Notes: a model not told the origin generated them from the letters alone. A stretch of 64,000 nt of DNA from an uncultured delta proteobacterium (GCA_963794325.1 CAWCDG010000002.1:1-64000), one strand, 5' to 3'. Counted from the stretch's first letter, positions 41,001 to 50,376 are shown. Translations and numbers: made by a program.

Positions 41001-41963
41001 CTACTCGATTTTGTAGAGCTTTCGCTTTCGCCACAGTGTCGAGACGTTGATGCCGAGTGCTGCGGCGGCCTCTTCCATAGTCGAGCTCGCCTTCAGTACA
41101 GCTATGATATGCGTGCGCTCGACCTCTTCGAGACTGGTGAGCGGTCTCCCTTCAGTTATGGTGCGACGTTGTCTGGCAGCTAGAACCACCTCGGGCAGGT
41201 GCTCTTCTGTGATGAGATCGTTTGTGCAGAGCACAGCCGCACGTTCGATCGCGTTTCGCAACTCCCGGAGATTGCCGGGCCAGTGATAGTTCGCCATGAC
41301 TGCAGTAGCTCCAGCCGATAAGTGCAATCGGTCGCGAACATTGCGAATCGCAGTATGCGCCAGCAGATGCGCGGCCAGGACAGGAATATCCCAGCGGCGT
41401 TCAACCAGCGTGGGAATTCTCAAAGCTATAACGTTGATCCGGTAAAAGAGATCGCTGCGGAAACGTCCAGCCGCTACCTCCCCGCCAAGATCGCGACTGG
41501 ACGCTGCGATGATTCGAACGTGCAAACCCGAAGAGGGCAAATCGACAAGAGATTGCCGCTCTTCGACGAACTGCAGAAGCCTGGCCTGAGCGGCGGGAGG
41601 GAGGTCAACAAGATTGTCCAAAAGCAAAGAAGCGGAGTCCGAAACATTGCTTCGGTCGCCGCGATCGGCATGCAAAGCGGCCAGCGTGTGCCTTAAGTCC
41701 TCGAAGGGATCGCTTTCGTGAACGTGCTCGGACATCGCTGCACAGTCGACGCTTAGAAATGGTGCGTCGCTTCGTCGACTCCATCTATGAATTTGGCGCG
41801 CAAAGGCGCTCTTGCCGGTGCCGCTGTCGCCGGTCAGTAGGATGGTAGCATTGGCCAAGGCGGCTCGGTGCGCGGCTTCCATAAAGTCGATCATCAAGCG
41901 GCATCGACTCTCAAGCAGAAGCTCCTCTTGGTCCGCGTGCGTCGGGTGGGTCTGGGACGCCAT
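41001..41963 (-). CDS. Degenerate sigma-54 enhancer-binding-protein homologue (AAA+ and Fis HTH, no sensor domain)
   Basis: GDSGTGKS, RIIAAS, FRSDLFYRI, WPGNLREL, LGINVSTLWRK; GAFTGA absent; Walker B reads LLLDN; start uncertain. Confidence 0.85.
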   Translation of the reverse strand: MASQTHPTHADQEELLLESRCRLMIDFMEAAHRAALANATILLTGDSGTGKSAFARQIHRWSRRSDAPFLSVDCAAMSEHVHESDPFEDLRHTLAALHADRGDRSNVSDSASLLLDNLVDLPPAAQARLLQFVEERQSLVDLPSSGLHVRIIAASSRDLGGEVAAGRFRSDLFYRINVIALRIPTLVERRWDIPVLAAHLLAHTAIRNVRDRLHLSAGATAVMANYHWPGNLRELRNAIERAAVLCTNDLITEEHLPEVVLAARQRRTITEGRPLTSLEEVERTHIIAVLKASSTMEEAAAALGINVSTLWRKRKLYKIE

Positions 41964-42073
41964 CAGTGTTTCAATCGCAGCCTCCCCCTCCTCGCTGTCA
42001 TTAGGTCCTACGAGGCCCTGCGGATAAATCCTCCGCCTGGATGTCCTGGGCTCGTGAAAGTGTTGGCCGTGGC

Positions 42074-43084
42074 TCACGCCATTAAGTAGAGAGCGCCGAA
42101 GCACAGCGCCATCAGTGGAAATCCGGCGACCAAGCCGATGCGAGCCCATTCGCGGCTCGAAATTCCCAAACGTTGAGCGGCGACGATATTCGGGATGTTG
42201 CCGGGAATCAGCATGCCGCCGCTGATCAGCAGCCCCATCAGGATGCTGCGCTGCTGTGCAACAGACAGCGAAGGACCAATCTCCGCCGCGGTAAGCGTGG
42301 CGTTATCAACCACCGCTGAAATCGAGTTCAGCCAGAACAGCACGCTCTGCGGCAACTGCCGGATGTAGATGTCGACCAGCGGGCGCAATCCCCATGACAG
42401 GCCAACCAGCCCCGCCACAAACAGGTAAACCTTCCCGGCGCGGATAAAAATCTCGGACCAGTTCTCCGTGTGAGCGTCTGCCTTCAGCGAATGCCCGTAC
42501 CTTGCCGGCAGGAACAGACTCAGAATACCGACGATTACTATTCCGATAACGACCAATGGCCCCAGCAATCGCGCGAGGTACCAGAAGTCGGCCCCGAGCG
42601 CTGCGATCGCGATAGTGCCCAGTGGTTCACCTACCGGGGTGAGCGCGGCGCCCAGCCCGATCGCAAAACAGGCCAGCACGACGGCTGCTATCTCGCTTCG
42701 GCGGTCGAGCTTCAGCAACGCTATCGCCTCGACCAAAACCAGGGCCGCTATCACCGCCGTAATCACACTCGAGAGCAGTCCCAGGGCGATGATCAAACCA
42801 AAATAAATCCAACGCGGCTCGACGATCTTCACGAGGCGCTCCACTCCACCGTCGAGCCATGGCCGCACCAGCCGCACGACCACGCCAAAGACCAGGACTG
42901 CAATGGTCAAGGCTATCGGTTCGGTCGCTGCCGCGCGGAACAACTCGCGCCCCCACTGCCCGCTAATCGCAGATGCAAAGGCGCCGACGACCAGGAAGAA
43001 AACTTCTATATTCTGTCCGATCGGCTCGAACATCACCGGACCGAGCAAGACGACGAGTAGAATCGCTCCTAACCCATAGACCAT
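42074..43084 (-). CDS. DUF1646-like multi-TM putative ion transporter
   Basis: IGLGAALTPVGEPLGTI, SAVVDNATLTAAEI, LLISGGMLIPGNIPNI. Confidence 0.8.
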   Translation of the reverse strand: MVYGLGAILLVVLLGPVMFEPIGQNIEVFFLVVGAFASAISGQWGRELFRAAATEPIALTIAVLVFGVVVRLVRPWLDGGVERLVKIVEPRWIYFGLIIALGLLSSVITAVIAALVLVEAIALLKLDRRSEIAAVVLACFAIGLGAALTPVGEPLGTIAIAALGADFWYLARLLGPLVVIGIVIVGILSLFLPARYGHSLKADAHTENWSEIFIRAGKVYLFVAGLVGLSWGLRPLVDIYIRQLPQSVLFWLNSISAVVDNATLTAAEIGPSLSVAQQRSILMGLLISGGMLIPGNIPNIVAAQRLGISSREWARIGLVAGFPLMALCFGALYLMA

Positions 43085-43118
43085 CAGCAGACCGCTCGAA
43101 AAACTGGGCCTGGCCCGC

Positions 43119-43493
<375 letters not shown>

Positions 43494-43667
43494 CTAGGCT
43501 GCGGGCGCGCGCCAAATCAGCCAGCTCACAGCAATCACAACGCCTGCGGAGGCAGGTATCAGCGGCGCGCCAAACATGATCGCCCCGGCTCCAGCAGCTA
43601 TTGCCGCCGTGATGGTTAGCGCCATGTAGCGCGTGCGGCTCAGGACGGTGATTTTATTGATTGCCAC
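43494..43667 (-). CDS. 57-aa hydrophobic small protein (not in the ORF track)
   Basis: Hand translation MAINKITVLSRTRYMALTITAAIAAGAGAIMFGAPLIPASAGVVIAVSWLIWRAPAA; GTG overlaps the TPR stop (TAGTG). Confidence 0.6.
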   Translation of the reverse strand: MAINKITVLSRTRYMALTITAAIAAGAGAIMFGAPLIPASAGVVIAVSWLIWRAPAA

Positions 43668-44164
43668 TATTCCCGCCTTTTCCTGCGCAACAAACCGGCG
43701 AAGTCAGGCCGCCACGCGAGTCGAGGCGCGCGATGCTCCTCGACGGCGAGCAGATCGCGCGCGATTTTCTTCTCCGCAGAGGTTTCCGCCAAATCCAGCG
43801 CGGTCTGCAATTCTTCCTTCGCCTTTTTTGGGACACCGACGCGCTGATACAGTTCAGCCATTCGCAGATGAGGATAAAAGTTTCGCGGTTGGAGACTGAT
43901 GGCGGTCTCCAGTGCCCGCTCGGCTGCCGGTATATCCAGCGCCTTGGTCAGCGCGATGCCAAGTGCCAAATATCCCATGAATGACTCGGCATCGATCTGC
44001 ACCGTTTGCCTCAGGAGGCCGACCGCCTCATCGATGTGGTTACGCTCCAGTGCATCGATCCCGCGCGCCAGTAGTGCGTGAGCATCTCGTACGATTGGCG
44101 TGGGTCGCTTACCATCCATCGAAGCAGACGAGTCGGTCACTCCTGATTGTAGAGCCGTTTCCAT
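43667..44164 (-). CDS. TPR-repeat protein
   Basis: Helical repeats EAVGLLRQTVQIDAESF.GYLALGIAL..A.RALE.AISLQP.NF..HL.MA.LY. Confidence 0.8.
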   Translation of the reverse strand: METALQSGVTDSSASMDGKRPTPIVRDAHALLARGIDALERNHIDEAVGLLRQTVQIDAESFMGYLALGIALTKALDIPAAERALETAISLQPRNFYPHLRMAELYQRVGVPKKAKEELQTALDLAETSAEKKIARDLLAVEEHRAPRLAWRPDFAGLLRRKRRE

Positions 44165-44172
44165 CTGATAAT

Positions 44173-44265
44173 CTACTTGTCGAAGATGCTCTTGCCGGGT
44201 TTGATGAACTGCCAGCCGACGAAAACCGCCAACATTATGACCATGAAAACAATTTGTCCTGTCAT
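44173..44265 (-). CDS. 30-aa single-TM micropeptide directly after amt (not in the ORF track)
   Basis: AAGGAG RBS; MTGQIVFMVIMLAVFVGWQFIKPGKSIFDK; fills the amt-TPR gap. Confidence 0.65.
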   Translation of the reverse strand: MTGQIVFMVIMLAVFVGWQFIKPGKSIFDK

Positions 44266-44280
44266 TTTTCTTGCTCCTTG

Positions 44281-45984
44281 TCAGTCTGCCGCCGGCACTT
44301 CAAGCGAGGCGCTCACTAGCTGGAACTCCGGATATCCGAGCGCGCCCATCTCAGGAATGTCGAGGCCTTGCAGTTCGGTTGCGGCGCTCACGCGCTGGCC
44401 CACAACGACGTCAACCAGCCAGTTGAACACGTAAGACAGGGTGAAGATGATGCCGACCAGGGTCGCGCATCCAATCAGCTGCGCTACCAACTGGCTGGGA
44501 TCGCCATAGAACAGCCCGGTGACATTGCCGTTCACGCCGTTCCAGCTCCCTCCATAGTTACTCGTGCCGTCTGCGAAGAGGCCAACCGATATGACACCCC
44601 ATAGACCGCAGGTCCCGTGAACCGAGATCGCGCCGACGGGATCATCAACTTTAAGAACGCGTTCGATGAATTCGACGCTGAGACAGACGAGCATTCCCGC
44701 CGCGAATCCGATGATTGCGGCGCCAACGGTGTTAACGAAACCGCTGGGCGCGGTAATCGCCACAAGTCCAGCCAGCAGACCGTTGCCCGCCATCGAGGCG
44801 TCGGGCTTGCCAAACCGGATCCACATGTAGAGCAGCGAAGCGATCGAACCGGTGCAACCCGCAAGCATAGTGTTAACCGCGATTGTGCCGATGCGAAGGT
44901 TGCCGTTGCCCGACGCGCCCAGGGTGCTGCCCGGATTAAACCCGAACCAGCCGAAGGCGAGGATGAAACACCCGATCAGGACCATCGTCATGTCATGACC
45001 AGGCATCGGGTTGGGCTTGCCAGTCCTCGTGTACTTTCCGATGCGAGGTCCGATGATCATCGAGACCGCCAGGGCGGTTATTCCTCCGACCGCGTGAACC
45101 ACTCCGGAGCCGGCGAAGTCGCAGTAGCCGTGGCCGAGCCCGTAGTTGACGCCGAGCTGAGATGTCCATCCACCGCCCCATGCCCAGTTGCCGTAGAGCG
45201 GGTAAACGATTGCAGCGAGGAAGAAGGTCGAGATCGAGAAGGCGAGGAACTTCCAACGCTCGGCTGCGGCACCCGTGACGATCGTCGCGGCGGTGTCCAT
45301 GAAGACCATCTGGAACAGGAACATTACCATCACGCCGACGTCGTAGGCTGGGCCGCTCAAGAAAAATCCGCGCTCACCGAACAAACCCCAAGGCTTGCCG
45401 CCGATGAAGTTGAACACGAATTCGGAGTTGAGAGGGCTCAGGCCGCCCAAGTTGGTGTTCGGCGCGCATCCCCCCTGCTGCAGCGCAAACCCCATCACCC
45501 AGTAAGCGAACAAACCCCACCCATACACCATGAAGTTCATCATGAAGGTGTGGTTGGCGTTCTTGGCGCGGCACAATCCGGTCTCAACGGCCGCGAACCC
45601 GGCCTGCATGAACATGACCAGATAGCCGGTGACCAGGGTCCACACCAGGTTTATCGCGATTCGGTTCTGGCCGACGGTGTTGACGATGTCGGCAAGACTA
45701 AGACCGGCCTTTGTATCGGTGACCGGAATGTCGTTGACGGTCCCCGTGATGGTACCGCCCGGATCGCCTTTCGCTTGGTCTGCCGCGGAAGGCCCACTGA
45801 TGCCCCTAATGTCGCCGGTTGTGACCGGCACCGATTTCGGCGGGGCCGGCGAAGCGGCTGCGGATGGTGACGCGGCCGGTGCTTGAGCCAGTACGATCGT
45901 AGTCGGCAACAGCCACGCTGCGGCCAGAAGCAGGACCAGCAGCTTGGTGAGCCGATGGCGTGAGCGATTGATTCGTATCAGCAT
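44281..45984 (-). CDS. amt: Ammonium transporter (Amt) with a signal peptide and long N-terminal extension
   Basis: FMQAGF, FQMVF, AERW, DFAGSGVVH, FGWFGFNPGS, DDPVGAISVHG (both pore His present); start set at MLIR. Confidence 0.96.
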   Translation of the reverse strand: MLIRINRSRHRLTKLLVLLLAAAWLLPTTIVLAQAPAASPSAAASPAPPKSVPVTTGDIRGISGPSAADQAKGDPGGTITGTVNDIPVTDTKAGLSLADIVNTVGQNRIAINLVWTLVTGYLVMFMQAGFAAVETGLCRAKNANHTFMMNFMVYGWGLFAYWVMGFALQQGGCAPNTNLGGLSPLNSEFVFNFIGGKPWGLFGERGFFLSGPAYDVGVMVMFLFQMVFMDTAATIVTGAAAERWKFLAFSISTFFLAAIVYPLYGNWAWGGGWTSQLGVNYGLGHGYCDFAGSGVVHAVGGITALAVSMIIGPRIGKYTRTGKPNPMPGHDMTMVLIGCFILAFGWFGFNPGSTLGASGNGNLRIGTIAVNTMLAGCTGSIASLLYMWIRFGKPDASMAGNGLLAGLVAITAPSGFVNTVGAAIIGFAAGMLVCLSVEFIERVLKVDDPVGAISVHGTCGLWGVISVGLFADGTSNYGGSWNGVNGNVTGLFYGDPSQLVAQLIGCATLVGIIFTLSYVFNWLVDVVVGQRVSAATELQGLDIPEMGALGYPEFQLVSASLEVPAAD

Positions 45985-45997
45985 CGAAGTTTTCCCC

Positions 45998-46177
45998 TCA
46001 GGCTTTCCAGATCGCGTCTTTGAGGTGCGCGCTATTGAGAATTCCGATAGACCCGAACAACGCAATGACAAATCCTGCCACCGCGACCAACAGCTGCGCG
46101 TACACCCCCGGCACTTTCACGCTCAGGACGGCTATGAACCATCCGAGCACACAAACTAAAAGACCAAGAATCTTCAT
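45998..46177 (-). CDS. 59-aa two-TM small protein (not in the ORF track)
   Basis: GGGAGGAG RBS; MKILGLLVCVLGWFIAVLSVKVPGVYAQLLVAVAGFVIALFGSIGILNSAHLKDAIWKA. Confidence 0.75.
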   Translation of the reverse strand: MKILGLLVCVLGWFIAVLSVKVPGVYAQLLVAVAGFVIALFGSIGILNSAHLKDAIWKA

Positions 46178-46254
46178 TTCTCCTCCCTCGATTTGACTTC
46201 GGTTCTGAGCACCGACTAACTGGCTCGTCTTTCTTTGTTTGGGACGCCGACTGG

Positions 46255-46431
46255 TTACGGCGCGTTATTCTCGAGCGGTTTGATCCGATAGAACCAAATG
46301 CATGCAGCGATGAGACATACGAGTCCTACTAATGTGAAGATCGGCCCCAACGCGAAAAGTCCACCCACGAAAAATGTGAACCCGATGACGAAAATCAGTA
46401 GCGACCAGCCTTGTTCCCTATTCGCACCCAT
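46255..46431 (-). CDS. 58-aa two-TM small protein
   Basis: GGAGG RBS; MGANREQGWSLLIFVIGFTFFVGGLFALGPIFTLVGLVCLIAACIWFYRIKPLENNAP (3' part of ORF 46255..46503). Confidence 0.75.
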   Translation of the reverse strand: MGANREQGWSLLIFVIGFTFFVGGLFALGPIFTLVGLVCLIAACIWFYRIKPLENNAP

Positions 46432-46582
46432 TGAGTGAATCCCTCCATTGCATTTCTGCCGGAATTCTCTGAGCCGGATGCCGACTCGAAGCCTTCCGGA
46501 CAAGATGAGACGCTAGCGACATTTGATGGCCTCCTGAAAAGAATGCAAACTGCGATGAAAATGTTTGTCGATGGATGCGTAG

Positions 46583-46598
46583 TGCAACGCGTATGCCA
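46583..46598 (-). promoter_or_regulatory. Sigma-54 (-24/-12) promoter for the amt operon
   Basis: Minus strand TGGCATACGCGTTGCA versus consensus TGGCACG-N4-TTGCW, exact GG-N10-GC spacing. Confidence 0.8.
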
Positions 46599-46802
46599 GT
46601 ACTCATGCAATCGCAAAAGCGGCAAAAGGTCGTACTGATGTACAACCTGCGTTAGTTCATCCGACTAACTAAAGTTATATGTAGAGGCTCAACAAGGTGT
46701 CTAATTCCGGGAATAGCGATCGATGAGAGCGAGGTGGTGATGTTCGAATAGGCGGCATATTGCGCGCTGTCTGAGCACGACAGAGCAAGATGCACGGCCC
46801 AT

Positions 46803-47435
46803 TCAATGTCGCGGATTCACCTTGATCAACCCCTTGCGATAAGCATAATGCGCCAGCTCAACCCGATCGCGAACACCAATCTTGTGAAAAATTTTGTTGA
46901 GCTGGACTTTCACGGTTCCCTCGGTGATCGATAGCAGCTTGGCTACCTCCGCGTTGCGCAACCCCTCCGCGACGTATCGAACGATTGACGACTCGCGCTC
47001 TGTGAGCGGGTTTGATCCTGGGTTGCCGGACCGATCCATGAATTCAGCTCGGGTGGTCGGCGGCGATGAGACGAATCCATCGACCGCTGCCTGCATCGCT
47101 GCGATCAGCGTCTCGAGCGCAAAGCGTTTCTGCACCACGGCGCGAGCCCCCAGCCTGAGGGCGGCGGCGGAATCCTCCGAGCTTTCGCTCGCAGTAAGCA
47201 CGACGACGATCGCGCGACGCGACAACCATTCAATTTCGTTCATCACCCACTGGTCCATCTGCAGATCGAGCAGAACAACATCGCAGGGCGTGCCAGAGAC
47301 GATGGTCTCAAGCTCGCCAGACCTCTCCACTTCAGCCACGACTTCGAAGCGATTGTAGGTCGCGAGCAGCGCCTTCAAACCCTCTCGAAAAACCGCGTGG
47401 TCGTCCGCAATTATGAGTCGAATCGGTGTCTGCAT
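46803..47435 (-). CDS. NarL/LuxR family response regulator
   Basis: IIADDH, VVLLDLQM, LTERE..GLRNAEVA..ITEGTVK. Confidence 0.93.
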   Translation of the reverse strand: MQTPIRLIIADDHAVFREGLKALLATYNRFEVVAEVERSGELETIVSGTPCDVVLLDLQMDQWVMNEIEWLSRRAIVVVLTASESSEDSAAALRLGARAVVQKRFALETLIAAMQAAVDGFVSSPPTTRAEFMDRSGNPGSNPLTERESSIVRYVAEGLRNAEVAKLLSITEGTVKVQLNKIFHKIGVRDRVELAHYAYRKGLIKVNPRH

Positions 47436-47437
47436 AA

Positions 47438-48523
47438 TCAAGCCGTTGGCAAGTCGATTTGCAGGTGCGCACCCGAGCGCCCCTGTGCAATCATCCTGAG
47501 TTCGCCGCCGACCTCGGCCACCCTGGAGGCAATCGACCACGGTGGACGATCCGGCTCGGCAAATCCTATTCCATCGTCGTCGATGGTGATCCTGATCGTA
47601 TCGTCCAACCCTTGAACGCTGGCCGTCACCATGTGCGGCCTGCCGTGCTGCTGGGCGTTGCGCATGCCCTCAAGCACGATCTGCAGAGCGTGCTCGACCA
47701 GCACCGAGCTCGCGGCGAAATTGGCATTCACCTGGAATCTCGTCTGGTCGATGGTCCGAGCGCCCGGATCCAAGGGGTTATATCGAGTATTCGCGAGAGA
47801 GTGAAGGTACTTCCTCACCTCGTCGTATTCCCGCGTGACTTCGACTTGTATCCCTATAACTTCGGTGCGCGCCTTGGATGGCTGATTCTGATCGAGCCAT
47901 CGTTCACAAGCTCCGAGACGCAGATTTATCGCGGCGAGCGCCTGTACGTAGCCATCATGCAGATCGCGCGCTATGGCCTGACGCTCGGCCGCGCTTTCGA
48001 GATCGTGCACGCGTGCCTCAAACTTCTCGCGCTGGTCGGCAAAGAAACCGATTACATAGCCGGTAATCGCGAGGTAGGCAGCTCTCATCATGTATAAATT
48101 CGAGACAAAGTGCGAAGCGAACGAAATCGCAACCAGGTACATGATTACGCTGAACACTGTCACCCCAAGGCAGGTCCGCGGGTTGAATCGGAACCCGGCC
48201 GCAACGATCGCAAAAACAAAGAAAACGAAAGCCGGACTGGTGGGCCGGCCCTCAGTGATAAACGCCACGGCGGTAGCAAAAAACACGTCCAGCGGAACCG
48301 AGATGGTCGCCAAGTCGTGGTGGGCCAAGGTCTTTTGCAAAGCGATGTAGATCAAAATGCTGTACCCGAGATGGGCCAGCAGAACGCCGAGGGCATACGG
48401 CTCGATTCCAAGGAAACCGCCATTGGTGGGATCTATAAAAATCGAGAGGAGCGCGATGAGCGACACAAAAATCCTGCCCCGGCCGATTGCGAGATCGGGA
48501 TCCGTTGTCGTCAAGTTGCTCAT
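47438..48523 (-). CDS. Membrane sensor histidine kinase (HisKA_3 type)
   Basis: N-terminal TMs, ERQAIARDLHDG, EGMRNAQQH, DDDGIGF; start uncertain. Confidence 0.9.
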   Translation of the reverse strand: MSNLTTTDPDLAIGRGRIFVSLIALLSIFIDPTNGGFLGIEPYALGVLLAHLGYSILIYIALQKTLAHHDLATISVPLDVFFATAVAFITEGRPTSPAFVFFVFAIVAAGFRFNPRTCLGVTVFSVIMYLVAISFASHFVSNLYMMRAAYLAITGYVIGFFADQREKFEARVHDLESAAERQAIARDLHDGYVQALAAINLRLGACERWLDQNQPSKARTEVIGIQVEVTREYDEVRKYLHSLANTRYNPLDPGARTIDQTRFQVNANFAASSVLVEHALQIVLEGMRNAQQHGRPHMVTASVQGLDDTIRITIDDDGIGFAEPDRPPWSIASRVAEVGGELRMIAQGRSGAHLQIDLPTA

Positions 48524-48889
48524 ACCTGAGAACCTCTCTCCCGGACATTTTGGGACACTCCGGACATCGAGCTTCATTAGCGTCGCCCGCCTCGTGACGT
48601 CGGGCGCACTAATCAATCAAGCAACGATGCCGTGTTAACGCAAAAGTGGCAATAGCGGTCGGAACTCGAGCGACTGCATGACCAGCTCAGCGAAATCGAG
48701 TACAGCGCCAACCCGAACACTTAGGATGCGCTTCCATTCAACTCCACGGCACCATGTAGAAGGGCGGCCGATGCGAACCATCGAGCCAAAGATCTTGCAC
48801 AACAGTCCGGTGATTCCAAATCGCCTGGCTCCTGAATCGCATCGTGCAGCGTTCAGTTGGTCAATCACAATGTTTTGCCTGACCTTGGT

Positions 48890-49327
48890 CTACCGATCCC
48901 CGCGAGAAGTGCGGGTCGGCAGGCGGTACAGCACGAGATCGAGGCCGGGAATATCCTCGAAGTCGCGCCGATTCCTGGTCAGGAATTGGTGAGAGTGCTG
49001 CACGGCTTGGCTGGCAAGCCAGAGATCCTGCACACGGTACCGATGCTGCCGGCCGGCAGCGCGGATTTGGGCGGCCAAACTACCGAATATGTCGCCTGTG
49101 ACGCCATCTACAACGAGGAGCGGTTTGCGTCGAATCCGGTGGAGCGCGGCGAGCCGCCGCTGACGTATCCGCGGTTCATCCGCAACCTCAGCTCCGAACC
49201 GCAGTTCGGCAATGGTGATCGGTGACAGATAGACGGGTTCGTTGTTGGTGAGAGTGGCGACATCCGCTGGGGCCAGGTGGCCGCGCTCTACGTCGATCCA
49301 CACGCAGGTATCGATCAGGAAGCCCAC
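48890..49327 (-). CDS. vapC: VapC-type PIN toxin
   Basis: FLIDTCVWI, SPITIAELRFG, DLWLAS, LTRNRRDF; GTG start overlaps the antitoxin end. Confidence 0.92.
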   Translation of the reverse strand: MGFLIDTCVWIDVERGHLAPADVATLTNNEPVYLSPITIAELRFGAEVADEPRIRQRRLAALHRIRRKPLLVVDGVTGDIFGSLAAQIRAAGRQHRYRVQDLWLASQAVQHSHQFLTRNRRDFEDIPGLDLVLYRLPTRTSRGDR

Positions 49328-49590
49328 GGATCGCGAACGCCTCTGGCGACTTTGCTCCCCTTCCAGTGAGTCGCTCTGGCATCCTTCTCCCAAGTTGCCG
49401 CGACGTCCTCAGGAAGCGTGCGGTAGAGGTCAGCCATCGCTTCAAGTGCATTTTGGTGACCCGGCCCGCCGACCAGCCGCGCAATTTGCTCATGGTTTCG
49501 CTCGATCACAATTTCCTCTCCGTTCGCCACAACGCGGTCGAGTACGCGACGGAGGTTGCGGGCCAATTCGGTAGCGGTAATCGTTTTCAT
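49315..49590 (-). CDS. Phd/YefM family antitoxin
   Basis: MKTITATELARNLRRVLDRV..GEEIVIER..IARL. Confidence 0.9.
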   Translation of the reverse strand: MKTITATELARNLRRVLDRVVANGEEIVIERNHEQIARLVGGPGHQNALEAMADLYRTLPEDVAATWEKDARATHWKGSKVARGVRDPWAS

Positions 49591-49604
49591 AGGTAATCAG
49601 TATA

Positions 49605-49621
49605 ATCTGATCCTCTCAGAT
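49605..49621. promoter_or_regulatory. Candidate TA auto-operator
   Basis: ATCTGA-N5-TCAGAT inverted repeat just upstream of the antitoxin start. Confidence 0.5.
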
Positions 49622-49792
49622 AATACAGATCCTTACGACCCGCCAGCTCACTGGTCTCAAGGAACTGCGAGGAATCCTCGACGAGATCAAGCCCGGCAGC
49701 GGGCATCGCGGTGCTGGTTCACGCTCGCTTGGCGGTCTTTGAACGGCGGACGGTTTTTCGAAGACGTTTGTTTGCTTCTTCGATCGAGAAAT

Positions 49793-49867
49793 TGGTGGGC
49801 GGTGCAGGTTTCGAACCTGCGACCCCCGGCTTGTAAGGCCGATGCTCTACCACTGAGCTAACCGCCC
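49793..49867 (-). tRNA. tRNA-Val (TAC)
   Basis: GGGCGGTTAGCTCAGTGGTAGAGCATCGGCCTTACAAGCCGGGGGTCGCAGGTTCGAAACCTGCACCGCCCACCA. Confidence 0.97.
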
Positions 49868-49884
49868 GCGCTCGAAATGTTAGC

Positions 49885-49934
49885 AAAAAAAGACGGCCCG
49901 CGTGCCATCGACACCCGGGCCGTTCTTTCTTTTT
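49885..49934 (-). terminator. Terminator after the HU gene, possibly bidirectional
   Basis: ACGGCCCG..CGGGCCGT stem with A7 on one side and a T-rich run on the other. Confidence 0.75.
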
Positions 49935-49965
49935 CAGTGAATTGAATCGAGCGCTGCGATCGCGT

Positions 49966-50283
49966 TTAGGAACCGGTCGGCGGCGACGACGCCGGCGCTG
50001 CGCCGACGCCTTCGTTCAGCGAGTCCTTCAACTGCTTGCCCGGCTTGAACTTTGCCGATCGGCTCGCCGAGATCTCGATCGATTCGCCGGTTTTTGGATT
50101 GCGTCCGGTGCGCGCCTGCCGTTCCGATACTGAAAACGTGCCGAAGCCTGAGATGTTCACGCGCTCGCCCTGGCGCAACGCTGCAATGACGTCGTCGAGC
50201 ACGATGTTAATTGCGCGTTCGGCGTCTGCCTTGTTGAGAGGAAGCTTGTTTGACAACGCCTCGATGAGTTCAGCCTTGGTCAT
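49966..50283 (-). CDS. hup: HU family DNA-binding protein
   Basis: MTKAELI, GFGTF, ARTGRNPKTGE, FKPGKQLK. Confidence 0.95.
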   Translation of the reverse strand: MTKAELIEALSNKLPLNKADAERAINIVLDDVIAALRQGERVNISGFGTFSVSERQARTGRNPKTGESIEISASRSAKFKPGKQLKDSLNEGVGAAPASSPPTGS

Positions 50284-50376
50284 ATTTTCCTTCGGCGGTC
50301 TGACAAAAATCCTCGACCGCAATTTGAGCCGCGCATTCCGGACGGCCGGAATGCGCGAAGTCCCCCGCTCAGCAAT

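Noticed and set aside
44281-45984. Amt with altered substrate specificity
   Set aside because: Both pore histidines and the Phe-gate motifs are intact, so the sequence gives no support.
48635-48868. 77-aa ORF between vapC and the kinase
   Set aside because: No clear RBS or motif; cannot be supported as a gene.
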